A stretch of 63,062 bases of DNA, the filler included, from Octopus bimaculoides (lineage: Eukaryota), in the NCBI RefSeq assembly GCF_001194135.2. It is 4 parts of 4 records of this genome, joined end to end, with 100 filler letters (N's around TTAATTAATTAA, not from the genome) between each part and the next. Parts side by side here need not be neighbours in the genome. Positions count along the whole stretch, not along the records: positions 37,685 to 58,681 come from NC_068999.1; positions 58,782 to 63,062 come from NW_026391907.1; 2 more parts are not named here. The stretch is one strand, 5' to 3'. Numbering within the stretch: position 1 is the first letter of the stretch; each line of letters begins with the position of its first letter. Position numbers and translations under genes: made by a program. Of this stretch, positions 51,908-63,062 are shown piece by piece. Below the pieces are notes generated by a model that saw only the letters and a program-made list of their open reading frames with translations, searched no databases and had not been told where the DNA came from.

Positions 51908-54662
51908 TGTAATGGTAACAGTTATAAGCACTCTTTTGAGATACGAAATTGAAATTGATTGAAGTGGGATTTTGTATTACATATCAGCATGGTACTCGTG
52001 TCCCTTATGCCAATCAAAACTATACACGGTCTGTCAATCTTGAATGATACAAAATTACATTTTCAAGTCAAATTTTCTGCTATTTTTTACGATTGGTTAT
52101 GTTTTTTTAAATCTTTATGCCATAGTTAGTCAGGTAATTAACCCAGCATGACAGTTAAAACTCCATATTAATAGCATAGAAGATGAAACGGGAGATTGCC
52201 AGACTCATTATATCGTCGGACAAAAAGTTTTAAACCGGGACTGGGATGTCGAAACGCCCAGAGATCGATTTTAATCTGTGATCATTCTGGAGTCAATGAA
52301 ATAACGACCAGCCAAATGTTGCCAAATGTCTTATCATAAATGATTGATGTCACCCTCTAAGTTTCTGGCCAAGATAAAAAATAAATACTGCGTGTAATAG
52401 GAATAATATTTCTAATCTGATATGAATTATAATAACAAATTCAATATAGAAATTTACCAATTTATATAAATTAAAATTTCCCACCTTCTGGCAGGGGCAT
52501 TTTCTCTCAATATAACCTTCATAATATGATATATCTAATCAGCCTCCGTCAAAGAATTAAGTATTGGCGGGTGACATTTGCAATCATTCTGTCGAACGTT
52601 TTCAATTATTATGGTACCTATTTCTTTTTTTTGACAGTTTTTTTTTTTTAATCTCACACGCTCAGATGCCTCAATAGTTTAATATGAGTACTCTATCGCT
52701 TTTTGTATTCTTAAACAGTTCTTTTTATCACTATCTTCTCTAATTCAACGTTTTCTCCTTTTTGTTTCGCTGAAACGCTGTAGCAGTGCTATGTTAGCAG
52801 TGTGATGTTTTCACTCTTTGGTTTGTTTTTTTTCTCTCATTCTCTTTTCGTCTTTCTTTCTTTCTCTCTCTCACACTTTCTCCATATTCCTGCCAATGCT
52901 GCTATTGTGCGATACATTTTTGGCTCTCTACTCTTTTCATACTCTTTATTTATCTCACCAAACACTGCAATTTGTCATTTTCCTTTTCATCTTCCTCCTC
53001 TCTTATTCTGTTTCAATATTCATTACGACCTAATTGAGCAATATTCATTATAACGCCACGATTTAATGTTTACATCGAAAATTTACATAGGAGTTATAGC
53101 ATAGATGATTTAGATGGAAAAATCAACTGGCACACTAAGAGGACTTGGCCCACATATCGATATGTTGTAAAATACGTTTGTGCGTCATCATATAGGTATA
53201 TGGTTCCAAAATTATTAATGACCCTCTCAATGTTTCAAACTGGTTTTGTTATGTTTAAAGTTATTTTGAAAATAATATTAAACTCTAAAGTTTGTAACAG
53301 AAAACGATTAGCGGTGAAATGGTTTCAACTTCACATTTTTTAGTTAAATAGTTATATTCCGTACCATGAAACAGTAATCAAAATCTTATTTACAGCAATA
53401 CTATGACCATATAAATGTCAACTTCACAGGCTAGAAATTGCAGTTAAATGTCTATGAGTACGAAGGAATGGAAATGCAGCTATATGTGTGTGTGTGTGCT
53501 GCCACTAAACATGTTTACTCAACTGTGTCAGCGTAGATTTTCGGCGCTACATATCTAGTCACAGGCTATTAACGCACGGACGTAGTGGAAACCTAAAAAT
53601 CCTCTAAGGCTAATCGCATGATCTTCCTCAACCACATTTGACAGATAAAATTCAGACAGCTTTCGTTCTTGGAGATTNNNNNNNNNNNNNNNNNNNNNNN
53701 NNNNNNNNNNNNNNNNNNNNNNNNNNNNNNNNNNNNNNNNNNNNNNNNNNNNNNNNNNNNNNNNNNNNNNNNNNNNNNNNNNNNNNNNNNNNNNNNNNNN
53801 NNNNNNNNNNNNNNNNNNNNNNNNNNNNNNNNNNNNNNNNNNNNNNNNNNNNNNNNNNNNNNNNNNNNNNNNNNNNNNNNNNNNNNNNNNNNNNNNNNNN
53901 NNNNNNNNNNNNNNNNNNNNNNNNNNNNNNNNNNNNNNNNNNNNNNNNNNNNNNNNNNNNNNNNNNNNNNNNNNNNNNNNNNNNNNNNNNNNNNNNNNNN
54001 NNNNNNNNNNNNNNNNNNNNNNNNNNNNNNNNNNNNNNNNNNNNNNNNNNNNNNNNNNNNNNNNNNNNNNNNNNNNNNNNNNNNNNNNNNNNNNNNNNNN
54101 NNNNNNNNNNNNNNNNNNNNNNNNNNNNNNNNNNNNNNNNNNNNNNNNNNNNNNNNNNNNNNNNNNNNNNNNNNNNNNNNNNNNNNNNNNNNNNNNNNNN
54201 NNNNNNNNNNNNNNNNNNNNNNNNNNNNNNNNNNNNNNNNNNNNNNNNNNNNNNNNNNNNNNNNNNNNNNNNNNNNNNNNNNNNNNNNNNNNNNNNNNNN
54301 NNNNNNNNNNNNNNNNNNNNNNNNNNNNNNNNNNNNNNNNNNNNNNNNNNNNNNNNNNNNNNNNNNNNNNNNNNNNNNNNNNNNNNNNNNNNNNNNNNNN
54401 NNNNNNNNNNNNNNNNNNNNNNNNNNNNNNNNNNNNNNNNNNNNNNNNNNNNNNNNNNNNNNNNNNNNNNNNNNNNNNNNGAAACCGGTTATTTCTCAAA
54501 ATACAACGTTTATATACCAAAAAGATTTTATAACATATTTCTAACATTTTTCTGACATAATTTAAATATATACTTTAACCATGTAACACAAGCCTTCTGT
54601 AGTTTTTTCACTCTTCTTATCTTTTATACATCCAACCACGTGCTTTCATATACCAACTTTCT

Positions 54663-54722
<60 letters not shown>

Positions 54723-54831
54723 TAAACACACACACACACACATACACACATATATATGTATATATATATACGTATGTATGTATATATGTATATATGTATG
54801 TATTATAACTTTTGTATTTTTTTATTATTAA

Positions 54832-55171
54832 TTATGAATCTCCCACTGAGGAGGGAGCCGGTTTCCAACAAAGTACAAGACTCCGTCTTTGGGATGTAGT
54901 TAACAAAGACAAATTCACATTTGGAACTTGAAAAATGTCTTCCATACTTTTACTTTTCCCAGATTGCATTTTGTAACATACGAATTAGCCGGGCGATTTC
55001 TCTTTCTCAAAATCCCAGTTTATACAGTTCATCATTTAAGTATTTACTAACAAAATCGAGTGTTCCAATTATTACTGGTATGAATATGAATTCATAGTCT
55101 GGATATAGAAGCTGGATGTTTCGAAGCAACTGTTCATAGATATCCTCCTTATCTTTGATTTTCGAAGAGAT
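54832..55171 (-). mobile_element. R4/Dong-clade LINE extreme 3' end
   Basis: [38 protein letters not shown]...IARLIRMLQ; the 3' UTR motif gttggaaaccggctc resembles ggttagaaaccggttc of the 21534 copy. Ends at taataataa. Confidence 0.88.
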
Positions 55172-55777
55172 ATGCATGTACGTATGTACGTATGTATGTA
55201 TGTATGTATGTATGTATGGATGGATGGATGGATGGATGGATGGATGGATGAGTGGATGGATGGATGGAAGGATGACAGACCCTTTGCTGCCAGTGACAAT
55301 GGTCTGATTTGGTTGTTGGGTCCATCGTTGTATTTCTCTATGAGGTTGTATAAGGTAGGCATCCTACTACTAAGCGCAGTGTAGTTCATCTTGATCAGTG
55401 CTTGACGATGACACTAGTGTCAGATGTCGCTCAGGCGATCCATTAATATTGACGATAGTATTTAACAATGAATCCAACACCATCAAAAACCTCGTCAATT
55501 ACAGCTGGGTCGCCATATTACAAATGTGTACTGTCAGGAGGAAAAGTCAATATATGATGCAGCTTTGATTTATCTGGAGAAAAATATCGCATATTCCTCA
55601 ACTACACTACGACATTTTCACATTTGATTTCTTGATCATTTGTCAGACGCCAAAGCCAATGAACAGAAACAAAGAGCCAGCGGCGTCTCCGTAGTAAATC
55701 TTCAGGTTTTACTCCTTCCTTGTCTCTCCTCTTCATCTCTCGTGCTCATACATACGTACGTACATACACACACACAG

Positions 55778-55888
<111 letters not shown>

Positions 55889-56112
55889 TACATATACACA
55901 CACGTTTGTGTATGTGTATGCTAGAAATAGTATGTCACGTTTCCGATAGGCTTCCCGTCTTACTGTAGTTAAAGAGCATTACTACATTGTGAAAGTTATA
56001 ATAACGATGTTTTAGTCAGGTTTCAAATTTATACTCAGTAGCCTCTATATACATATATACATATATGTGTGTGCATGTGTGTTTGTGAGTGTGTGTGTAT
56101 GTATATATATAT

Positions 56113-56151
<39 letters not shown>

Positions 56152-59130
56152 CGAATATATACACATATATATATATATATATATATATACGAATATATGT
56201 GTGTATATATGTATACGAATATATATACATGTTTGCGTGGGGGTGCGCATTTATATTCATATATGTGTATGTCTATTGTGTGTCTCTGCGTGTTTGTGTG
56301 TGTTCGTGTTTTACTTTCCTCTGTCATTTAAAGTTTTTTAAATTAAAAAAAAAAATTGCTCATGGCTATTGGTTATTTTGGTCACAGCAGGTTTCAATGA
56401 GTCATTTATCCATTACTATAGCTAACGGGAATTCTAAAATTACTAATACAATTTCTGTGAAGGGATAAGAAAGAAGAAAATCTGAGGCGAATAAGATCGA
56501 AAGTGCAGATAATCTTGTTTTTTACTGTCGCTCAGATTATGCTGAGACTAAAATCACGTTTAGTAATTGTGTCCAGCAATTTTTTTTTTTTTTGCATTTG
56601 TCTTTTAGTTGTAATTACGATTTTGATGCCTTCGCTGATGCTGATTAAGACGATGACTACGACGTTGGTGTCGATAATGATGACCACCAACACCACCACC
56701 ACAAAGACCATCATGATGATGATAACGGCGTTCATGACGATAATGATGGTGAAGAGGTTAGTAAAGCTATTGTTGCGTTAGTCCGGTGCCGTCGATTGAT
56801 AAAATAGCCGTCTCGACGTGACCACATCACTATTTTTTATATCTTTGATTAGATTCCTTCTTGTAACCGAAAGACTGGAAGCATTTACTCAAAGATTCCT
56901 TCGATCACGTCGGATCTTGTAAATCATAACAATTAGAATGTTTGCTTCGAATCCTTAACGAAGATACTTGACCTGCCAATTATACGAGACAAATTACTCT
57001 ACAATCACTTTTTACTATCTTCAGTTAAGAAAATTGATATTGAGAAAATTAGTAACATATGCTCAGACCACGGAGTGAGAAAACAAATTTCATTAAGAGC
57101 TACAGTATGATGAATCATATCTCCAATCTATCACAACTTTTAGAACAAGCAAAAGAATAAAACACGCTTCTGTGCATCGCTTTCGTAGACAAGGAAGGCT
57201 TAGGATAGTGTCGAAATGAACTGTAGTGGTGGAAACGGAAGGCGCCAAGGCACACATGCACGAATATATTCGCACACTTGCATACGTGCTCATACATACA
57301 TACATTCATAAATGCATATATACACACATACATACATACATACATACATACATACATACAAAAATGCAAGCGTTCTATTGGTGTTTCTCATACCTTCAAT
57401 AATTTTTGACACATTTTATATCAAAGCAAGACAGGCAAACAGCAATGAAATATTTCGTACCAAATTAATTTCTAAGACGAGTTATCTATCGTGCATCACC
57501 ATTCAAATGTGTTCAAACTTATAAGTATTTCTGATTTAAGCGCAAATCATTGGTTTCGAGAGATAAAATGGATTACAGTTATTAACATGCACTTTATTTT
57601 ATGGATCCTTGAGAGATGAAATACAAAATTGAACATCAGGATTTCAGTTTCAGAATGTGATAATGCGAAAAAAGTAAGGCATTCTTTCCGATATTCAAAG
57701 GAATTCACCAGTATGCCACATGCTCCATAACGGAGCATGTAATTGATAATAGACTAAGAGATTAGGGGAGATGTCTTCATCAATAAATATAGATTCATGA
57801 GTCGAAATTTTCAGTTGTTTTTTTATTATCGCCAAATTTAAGAATTGTTTTTACTTGTACAGAGAATAGACAAATGCAAAATGCACTACCACAAATACTA
57901 CATCTACTATCACTAAGATGACTATTACTACCATCACTACCACCACCATCACTACTACTACTACTACTACTACCACTATTTCTACGGCGATGATGAGGAT
58001 GACGATGATGACGGCGAAGACAACAACTTCGACATATTCCAAGACGTCATGTGTTCATATTATTTCAAGCTGGGAATAAGATAATCTCATGCAAAAAAAA
58101 AAGATCAATACTATTTAAAAGTATTATTTGACATAATTTCAGTCTAACATTTTAAGGCAATATTGATTGAATTTTCTTATTTTCTGACGTTTTTCCTTTT
58201 CTTTTATTTTTTTTAATTTGTAGTTATTCTTCGGTAAAGGGACTTAAACATAAAAGAATTTATTAAATTAATTTTGTTCTCGACGACGAAACCTGGTTCA
58301 TACAATATATGTTAATTTAAATGGAGATGCAAACTTCATATCCAAAGAAAATAGTGTTATTCCATTAAAGGCTCTTTTGTACAATTATAGTTTAAATATC
58401 ACATAGAAGAGATGCGATTATCAAAAGTATTTCTTATTATTATAAAGATGTTTTGTACCAGATGAACTTCGAAATTTTTTCTCATCACACCTGACATATA
58501 TTGATGAAACGAGTTAGTGTCAATATGAATGTATCTATATGTATGTGTGTGTATCTGTGTGTATATGTGTGCGTCTGTGTGGATGGGTGTATGTATGTGT
58601 ACAAACGATTTTATAATTTTTATAGTATTACACCCAGGCTCTTATGTTCGTGTAGGTGTGTGTATATGTATATATATATATNNNNNNNNNNNNNNNNNNN
58701 NNNNNNNNNNNNNNNNNNNNNNNNNTTAATTAATTAANNNNNNNNNNNNNNNNNNNNNNNNNNNNNNNNNNNNNNNNNNNNGTGTGTGTGTGTGTGTGGT
58801 AAATTGCTTTTTAGTGGTGGAACTCAAAGTAGGTAAAGCTATATATAGCAGCCTATAAATATTTGGCTAAAGAAGTACCTTTGGCCTGAGGGATTTGAAC
58901 CCAGATTTTACATAAATATGCCAGATGTTAACACACATATATAACATATGTACACACACACACACACACACGTGTGTGTGTGTGTATCATCTTGAAGCTG
59001 TACTCAAACATCTTCTTACCATCTTATCAACTTTTTTTTTGTGTCCACTCCCGCCATGACCAGCCTCCATCTGATAATTATCATCATCATTAATCAACAT
59101 CATCATTATCATTATCATCATCATCAACGT

Positions 59131-59400
59131 TGTCATCATTCAATGCCTGTTTTCCATGCTGGCATGGGTTGGACAGATTGACAAAGAGCTGGCAAGGCCG
59201 GAAGGCCGCACCAGGCTCCAGTCATCTCTTTCGGCATGGTTTCTAAGTTTGGAGACCTTTCATCTATCATCCATTTCTCCATGTTTTTGCATGGGTCAGG
59301 GTCAGACGAAATTCATTGAGGTAGATTTTCTATGACCGGATGCCTACTCATCTGTTTCCAAGCAAGGCCATATTTCTCCATGACCAGAACATGTTACGTG
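59131..59400 (-). mobile_element. RTE-type LINE/SINE 3' tail (GAT-tailed family)
   Basis: tttccatgctggcatgggttggac next to (CAT)n, as at 60318. Confidence 0.7.
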
Positions 59401-59497
59401 TGTTTGTATGAAGGTGACATTCATTCTACATGATTTCAAGACAAGGATACACACACACACATGTATGTATATATCATCATCGTCATCTATGTATGTA

Positions 59498-59540
<43 letters not shown>

Positions 59541-59817
59541 NNNNNNNNNNNNNNNNNNNNNNNNNNNNNNNNNNNNNNNNNNNNNNNNNNNNNNNNNNNN
59601 NNNNNNNNNNNNNNNNNNNNNNNNNNNNNNNNNNNNNNNNNNNNNNNNNNNNNNNNNNNNNNNNNNNNNNNNNNNNNNNNNNNNNNNNNNNNNNNNNNNN
59701 NNNNNNNNNNNNNNNNNNNNNNNNNNNNNNNNNNNNNNNNNNNNNNNNNNNNNNNNNNNNNNNNNNNNNNNNNNNNNNNNNNNNNNNNNNNNNNNNNNNN
59801 NNNNNNNNNNNNNNNNN

Positions 59818-59858
<41 letters not shown>

Positions 59859-59860
<2 letters not shown>

Positions 59861-60135
59861 AAAGGATGTGTTATGATACTATTCCACATATACAAACAGA
59901 GCCATACCAACAATCCAACATACCTCCATCATCAGCAGCCCCACAGATATCATTATGGTTTTGATACCTGGGCAGAACCACTCAATCCAGCTGTGTCAAC
60001 AGCACTAAAATATCTCTATAGTAAATGATCCACAAGCATTTAAGCAAAATGGAGTCCTCAACTTGTTCCATTTGCCAAAAGGTTTGCAAGGCACCAGAAG
60101 GCCTCAAGAGACACATTCGGGTCCTTAGAACATGA
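59859..60135 (+). mobile_element. Probable RTE C-terminal zinc-finger fragment
   Basis: TCSICQKVCKAPEGLKRHIRV resembles finger 2 at 3524; the 5' part matches 17219-17349. Confidence 0.55.
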
Positions 60136-60317
60136 TTAAAGCCTTATTTTACAGGGACATATTATCTGGATGGTTACCATGGTAGTCCTCCATTATGTTA
60201 CAGTTGTATGACATATTGACTGACCGAAAGATAAAAGAAAATCATTTTGAGGATGTACCAGTCTCTATATTCTCTCTTGTAATGGTTATTGCATACATCA
60301 TCATCATCATCATCATC

Positions 60318-60990
60318 GTTTAACGTCCGCTTTCCATGCTAGCATGGGTTGGACGATTCGACTGAGGACTGGTGAAACCGGATGGCAACACCAGGCTCCA
60401 ATCTAATTTGGCAGAGTTTCTACAGCTGGATGCCCTTCCTAACGCCAAACACTCAGAGAGTGTAGTGGGTGCTTTTACGTGTCACCCGCACGAAAACGGC
60501 CACGCTCGAAATGGTGTCTTTTATGTGCCACCCGCACAGGCCAGTCCAGGGGCACTGGCAACGATCTCACTCGAAAATCCTACGGGAGCCAGTCAGGCGG
60601 TACTGGCAACGGCCACGCTCAAAATGGTGCATCTCATGTNNNNNNNNNNAGGCTCCAATCTAATTTGGCAGAGTTTCTACAGCTGGATGCCCTTCCTAAC
60701 GCCAAACACTCAGAGAGTGTAGTGGGTGCTTTTACGTGTCACCCGCACGAAAACGGCCACGCTCGAAATGGTGTCTTTTATGTGCCACCCGCACAGGCCA
60801 GTCCAGGGGCACTGGCAACGATCTCACTCGAAAATCCTACGGGAGCCAGTCAGGCGGTACTGGCAACGGCCACGCTCAAAATGGTGCATCTCATGTGCCA
60901 CCCGCACAAGAGCCAGTCCAGGGGAACTGGCAACTATCTTACTTGGCTTGCCGGGTCTTCTCACGCACAGCACATTTCCAAAGGTCTCGG
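60318..60990 (-). mobile_element. LINE (RTE-like) 3' end with hairpin-repeat 3' UTR and (GAT)n tail; contains an artefactual duplication
   Basis: Reverse complement starts DRDLWKCAVREKTRQAK* and ends ccaacccatgctagcatggaaagcggacgttaaacgatgatgat. Confidence 0.8.
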
Positions 60991-61097
60991 TCAATAGTCA
61001 ATACATATATACATATATGTGTGTGTGTACACATATATGTATATTTCATTTTTGTATTTGGTTTGCAAGATTCTTTATGGGAATTTCTGTGTTGGAG

Positions 61098-61374
61098 TAT
61101 ATTTTATTGTGTCTGGGTAGAGTCATTCTCTGTTAGCGTCTTATTACTTGACACACTCACTGGTTTGATTTCCACTCAATTACTTATTTATTTTTCTTAA
61201 AATTTTAATTGTGTCTTGCAACCGCTTCAATAGTCGTTGACTATTGGAAAGATTGCAAGACACAATTAAAATTCTAGAAAAAATAATGAAGTAAATGAGT
61301 GGAAATCAAACCAGTGTGTGTGTCAAGTAATAAGACGCTAACAGAGAATGACTACCCAGACACAGTAAAATGTA
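61098..61374. repeat. 277-bp fold-back palindrome of a dispersed repeat
   Basis: Arms of about 135 bp (for example ctctgttagcgtcttattacttgacacac / gtgtgtcaagtaataagacgctaacagag); centre caatagtc-gtt-gactattg. Confidence 0.93.
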
Positions 61375-62550
61375 TATGTATGTATGTATGTATGTATGTG
61401 TGTCTATATGTGTATTATGTATGTATGTATGCATGAATAGTTCCAAGATATATCTGATTGATGATGCAACCACCAAACATGATAAAAATTATAAACTCAT
61501 CTCCCTCAAGACACAGCAGGGGGTCTTCATGAAGGAAGGACTGACCTTGGGCTAAACAACAACAACAAGGACTCTTTAGATAATGTAGTCCCAGGCACAC
61601 GATGTCTGAATAAAAGTCAGGATGGTCACAATTGGAACGTCTTTGGTCATAGATCTGTCTGGATCTGGACAGAACTGGGGTTAAACAAGAACATCAAGAT
61701 CCCACATTATGTCTCACCAGGACGGATCAAACTACCACACAACACAACCACCACCACTACCACCACCACCACCACCACCATTACCACCACTACCACAACC
61801 ACCACTACCACTACCACAACCACCACCACCACCACCACATCCACCACTACCACCATCACTACTGCAACAACTACCATCATAACCATCACCACCACCATCA
61901 CCACCACCATCACCACTACCACCATCACTCAACATCATCAGCATCACCACCACAACCACCACCACCACCACCACCACTNNNNNNNNNNNNNNNNNNNNNN
62001 NNNNNNNNNNNNNNNNNNNNNNNNNNNNNNNNNNNNNNNNNNNNNNNNNNNNNNNNNNNNNNNNNNNNNNNNNNNNNNNNNNNNNNNNNNNNNNNNNNNN
62101 NNNNNNNNNNNNNNNNNNNNNNNNNNNNNNNNNNNNNNNNNNNNNNNNNNNNNNNNNNNNNNNNNNNNNNNNNNNNNNNNNNNNNNNNNNNNNNNNNNNN
62201 NNNNNNNNNNNNNNNNNNNNNNNNNNNNNNNNNNNNNNNNNNNNNNNNNNNNNNNNNNNNNNNNNNNNNNNNNNNNNNNNNNNNNNNNNNNNNNNNNNNN
62301 NNNNNNNNNNNNNNNNNNNNNNNNNNNNNNNNNNNNNNNNNNNNNNNNNNNNNNNNNNNNNNNNNNNNNNNNNNNNNNNNNNNNNNNNNNNNNNNNNNNN
62401 NNNNNNNNNNNNNNNNNNNNNNNNNNNNNNNNNNNNNNNNNNNNNNNNNNNNNNNNNNNNNNNNNNNNNNNNNNNNNNNNNNNNNNNNNNNNNNNNNNNN
62501 NNNNNNNNNNNNNNNNNNNNNNNNNNNNNNNNNAGAATTTGTCGTGCTGG

Positions 62551-62588
62551 CCTGGTGACGTCATAAGTGACGTCATCTCACCACCAGG
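62551..62588. promoter_or_regulatory. Tandem pair of perfect CRE palindromes (TGACGTCA x2)
   Basis: Sites at 62556-62563 and 62568-62575, framed by inverted cctggtg/caccagg. Function is unproven. Confidence 0.4.
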
Positions 62589-62789
62589 GTTTCAGCAGGT
62601 CACGGATGTGTGTGTGTGTGTGTGTGTGTGTGCACAGAGCCGTATATATGCGTTTGTTTAGAAGCAGTATGTGTGCGTGTGTGCACGTGCGCGCGCGCGC
62701 GTGTGTATGAGTATGTGTCTTATAATGTTATGTGTGTGCGTGCGTCTGTATGCGTGACTCTCGTGTTTTATAGTACTATGTTTGTGTGT

Positions 62790-63062
62790 ATGTGTGTGTG
62801 ATTTAATGTACGTATGTGTGTGTGTGTGTGTATGATTTAATGTGTATGTGTGTATGATTTAATGTGTGTATATATGTGTACGTGTGTGTATGTGTGTGTG
62901 TGTGATTTAATGTGTATATATATGTGTGTGTGAAAGTGTGTGTGTGATTTAATGTGTGTATGTGTATATATATATGTGTACGCGTGTGAAAGTGTGTGTG
63001 TGCGTGTGTGATTTAATGCTTGTATGTGAGTGTAAATGTGATTTACTGTATGTATGTGTGTG
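62790..63062. repeat. Compound (GT/TA)n with a recurrent TGATTTAATG word
   Basis: Six exact copies plus one variant. Confidence 0.9.

Noticed and set aside
55110-55150. Minus-strand hammerhead-like ctatga...cgaaacatcc
   Set aside because: The core is incomplete and the sequence is Dong coding sequence ([10 protein letters not shown]).
57719-57760. Helitron 3' hairpin (catgctcc/ggagcatg)
   Set aside because: No properly placed CTAG terminus and no second copy in the window.
60394-60895. ~246-bp tandem duplication
   Set aside because: Identical copies on either side of a 10-N gap indicate an unmerged contig overlap.
61098-61374. Tc1/mariner MITE with TA TSD
   Set aside because: Homology to the family extends beyond the left TA (to about 61030, matching 28930-28990), so the arm ends are not element termini.

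Overview
This is a gappy draft-assembly window (about 12 kb, or 19%, is N) of AT-rich animal DNA saturated with microsatellites. The repeat repertoire resembles octopus/coleoid cephalopod genomes (inference). No host protein-coding gene can be supported: nearly all long ORF-track entries are microsatellite or N artefacts. The interpretable content is a transposon graveyard. It includes five R4/Dong-type LINE fragments, RTE LINE 3' ends (one ending in three tandem C2H2 zinc fingers), a full-length decayed mariner with TIRs and TA TSD, further mariner/Tc1 and hAT remnants, at least four tRNA-derived SINE families and a 5S rRNA pseudocopy. The best leads are not in the ORF track: (1) a minimal type-I hammerhead ribozyme motif at 36387-36429 in a hairpin-rich element; (2) a Penelope-like RT palm/thumb remnant with no downstream endonuclease (Naiad-like) at 14677-15183, starting at (TA)n and interrupted downstream by the mariner; (3) a terminator-less 5S-SINE-SINE Pol III stack; (4) closely spaced inverted SINE pairs and a 277-bp fold-back palindrome (potential dsRNA); (5) a tandem pair of perfect CRE sites near the right end. 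Several assembly artefacts are also identifiable: 44N-TTAATTAATTAA-44N spacers, an unmerged overlap and probably swapped contigs.
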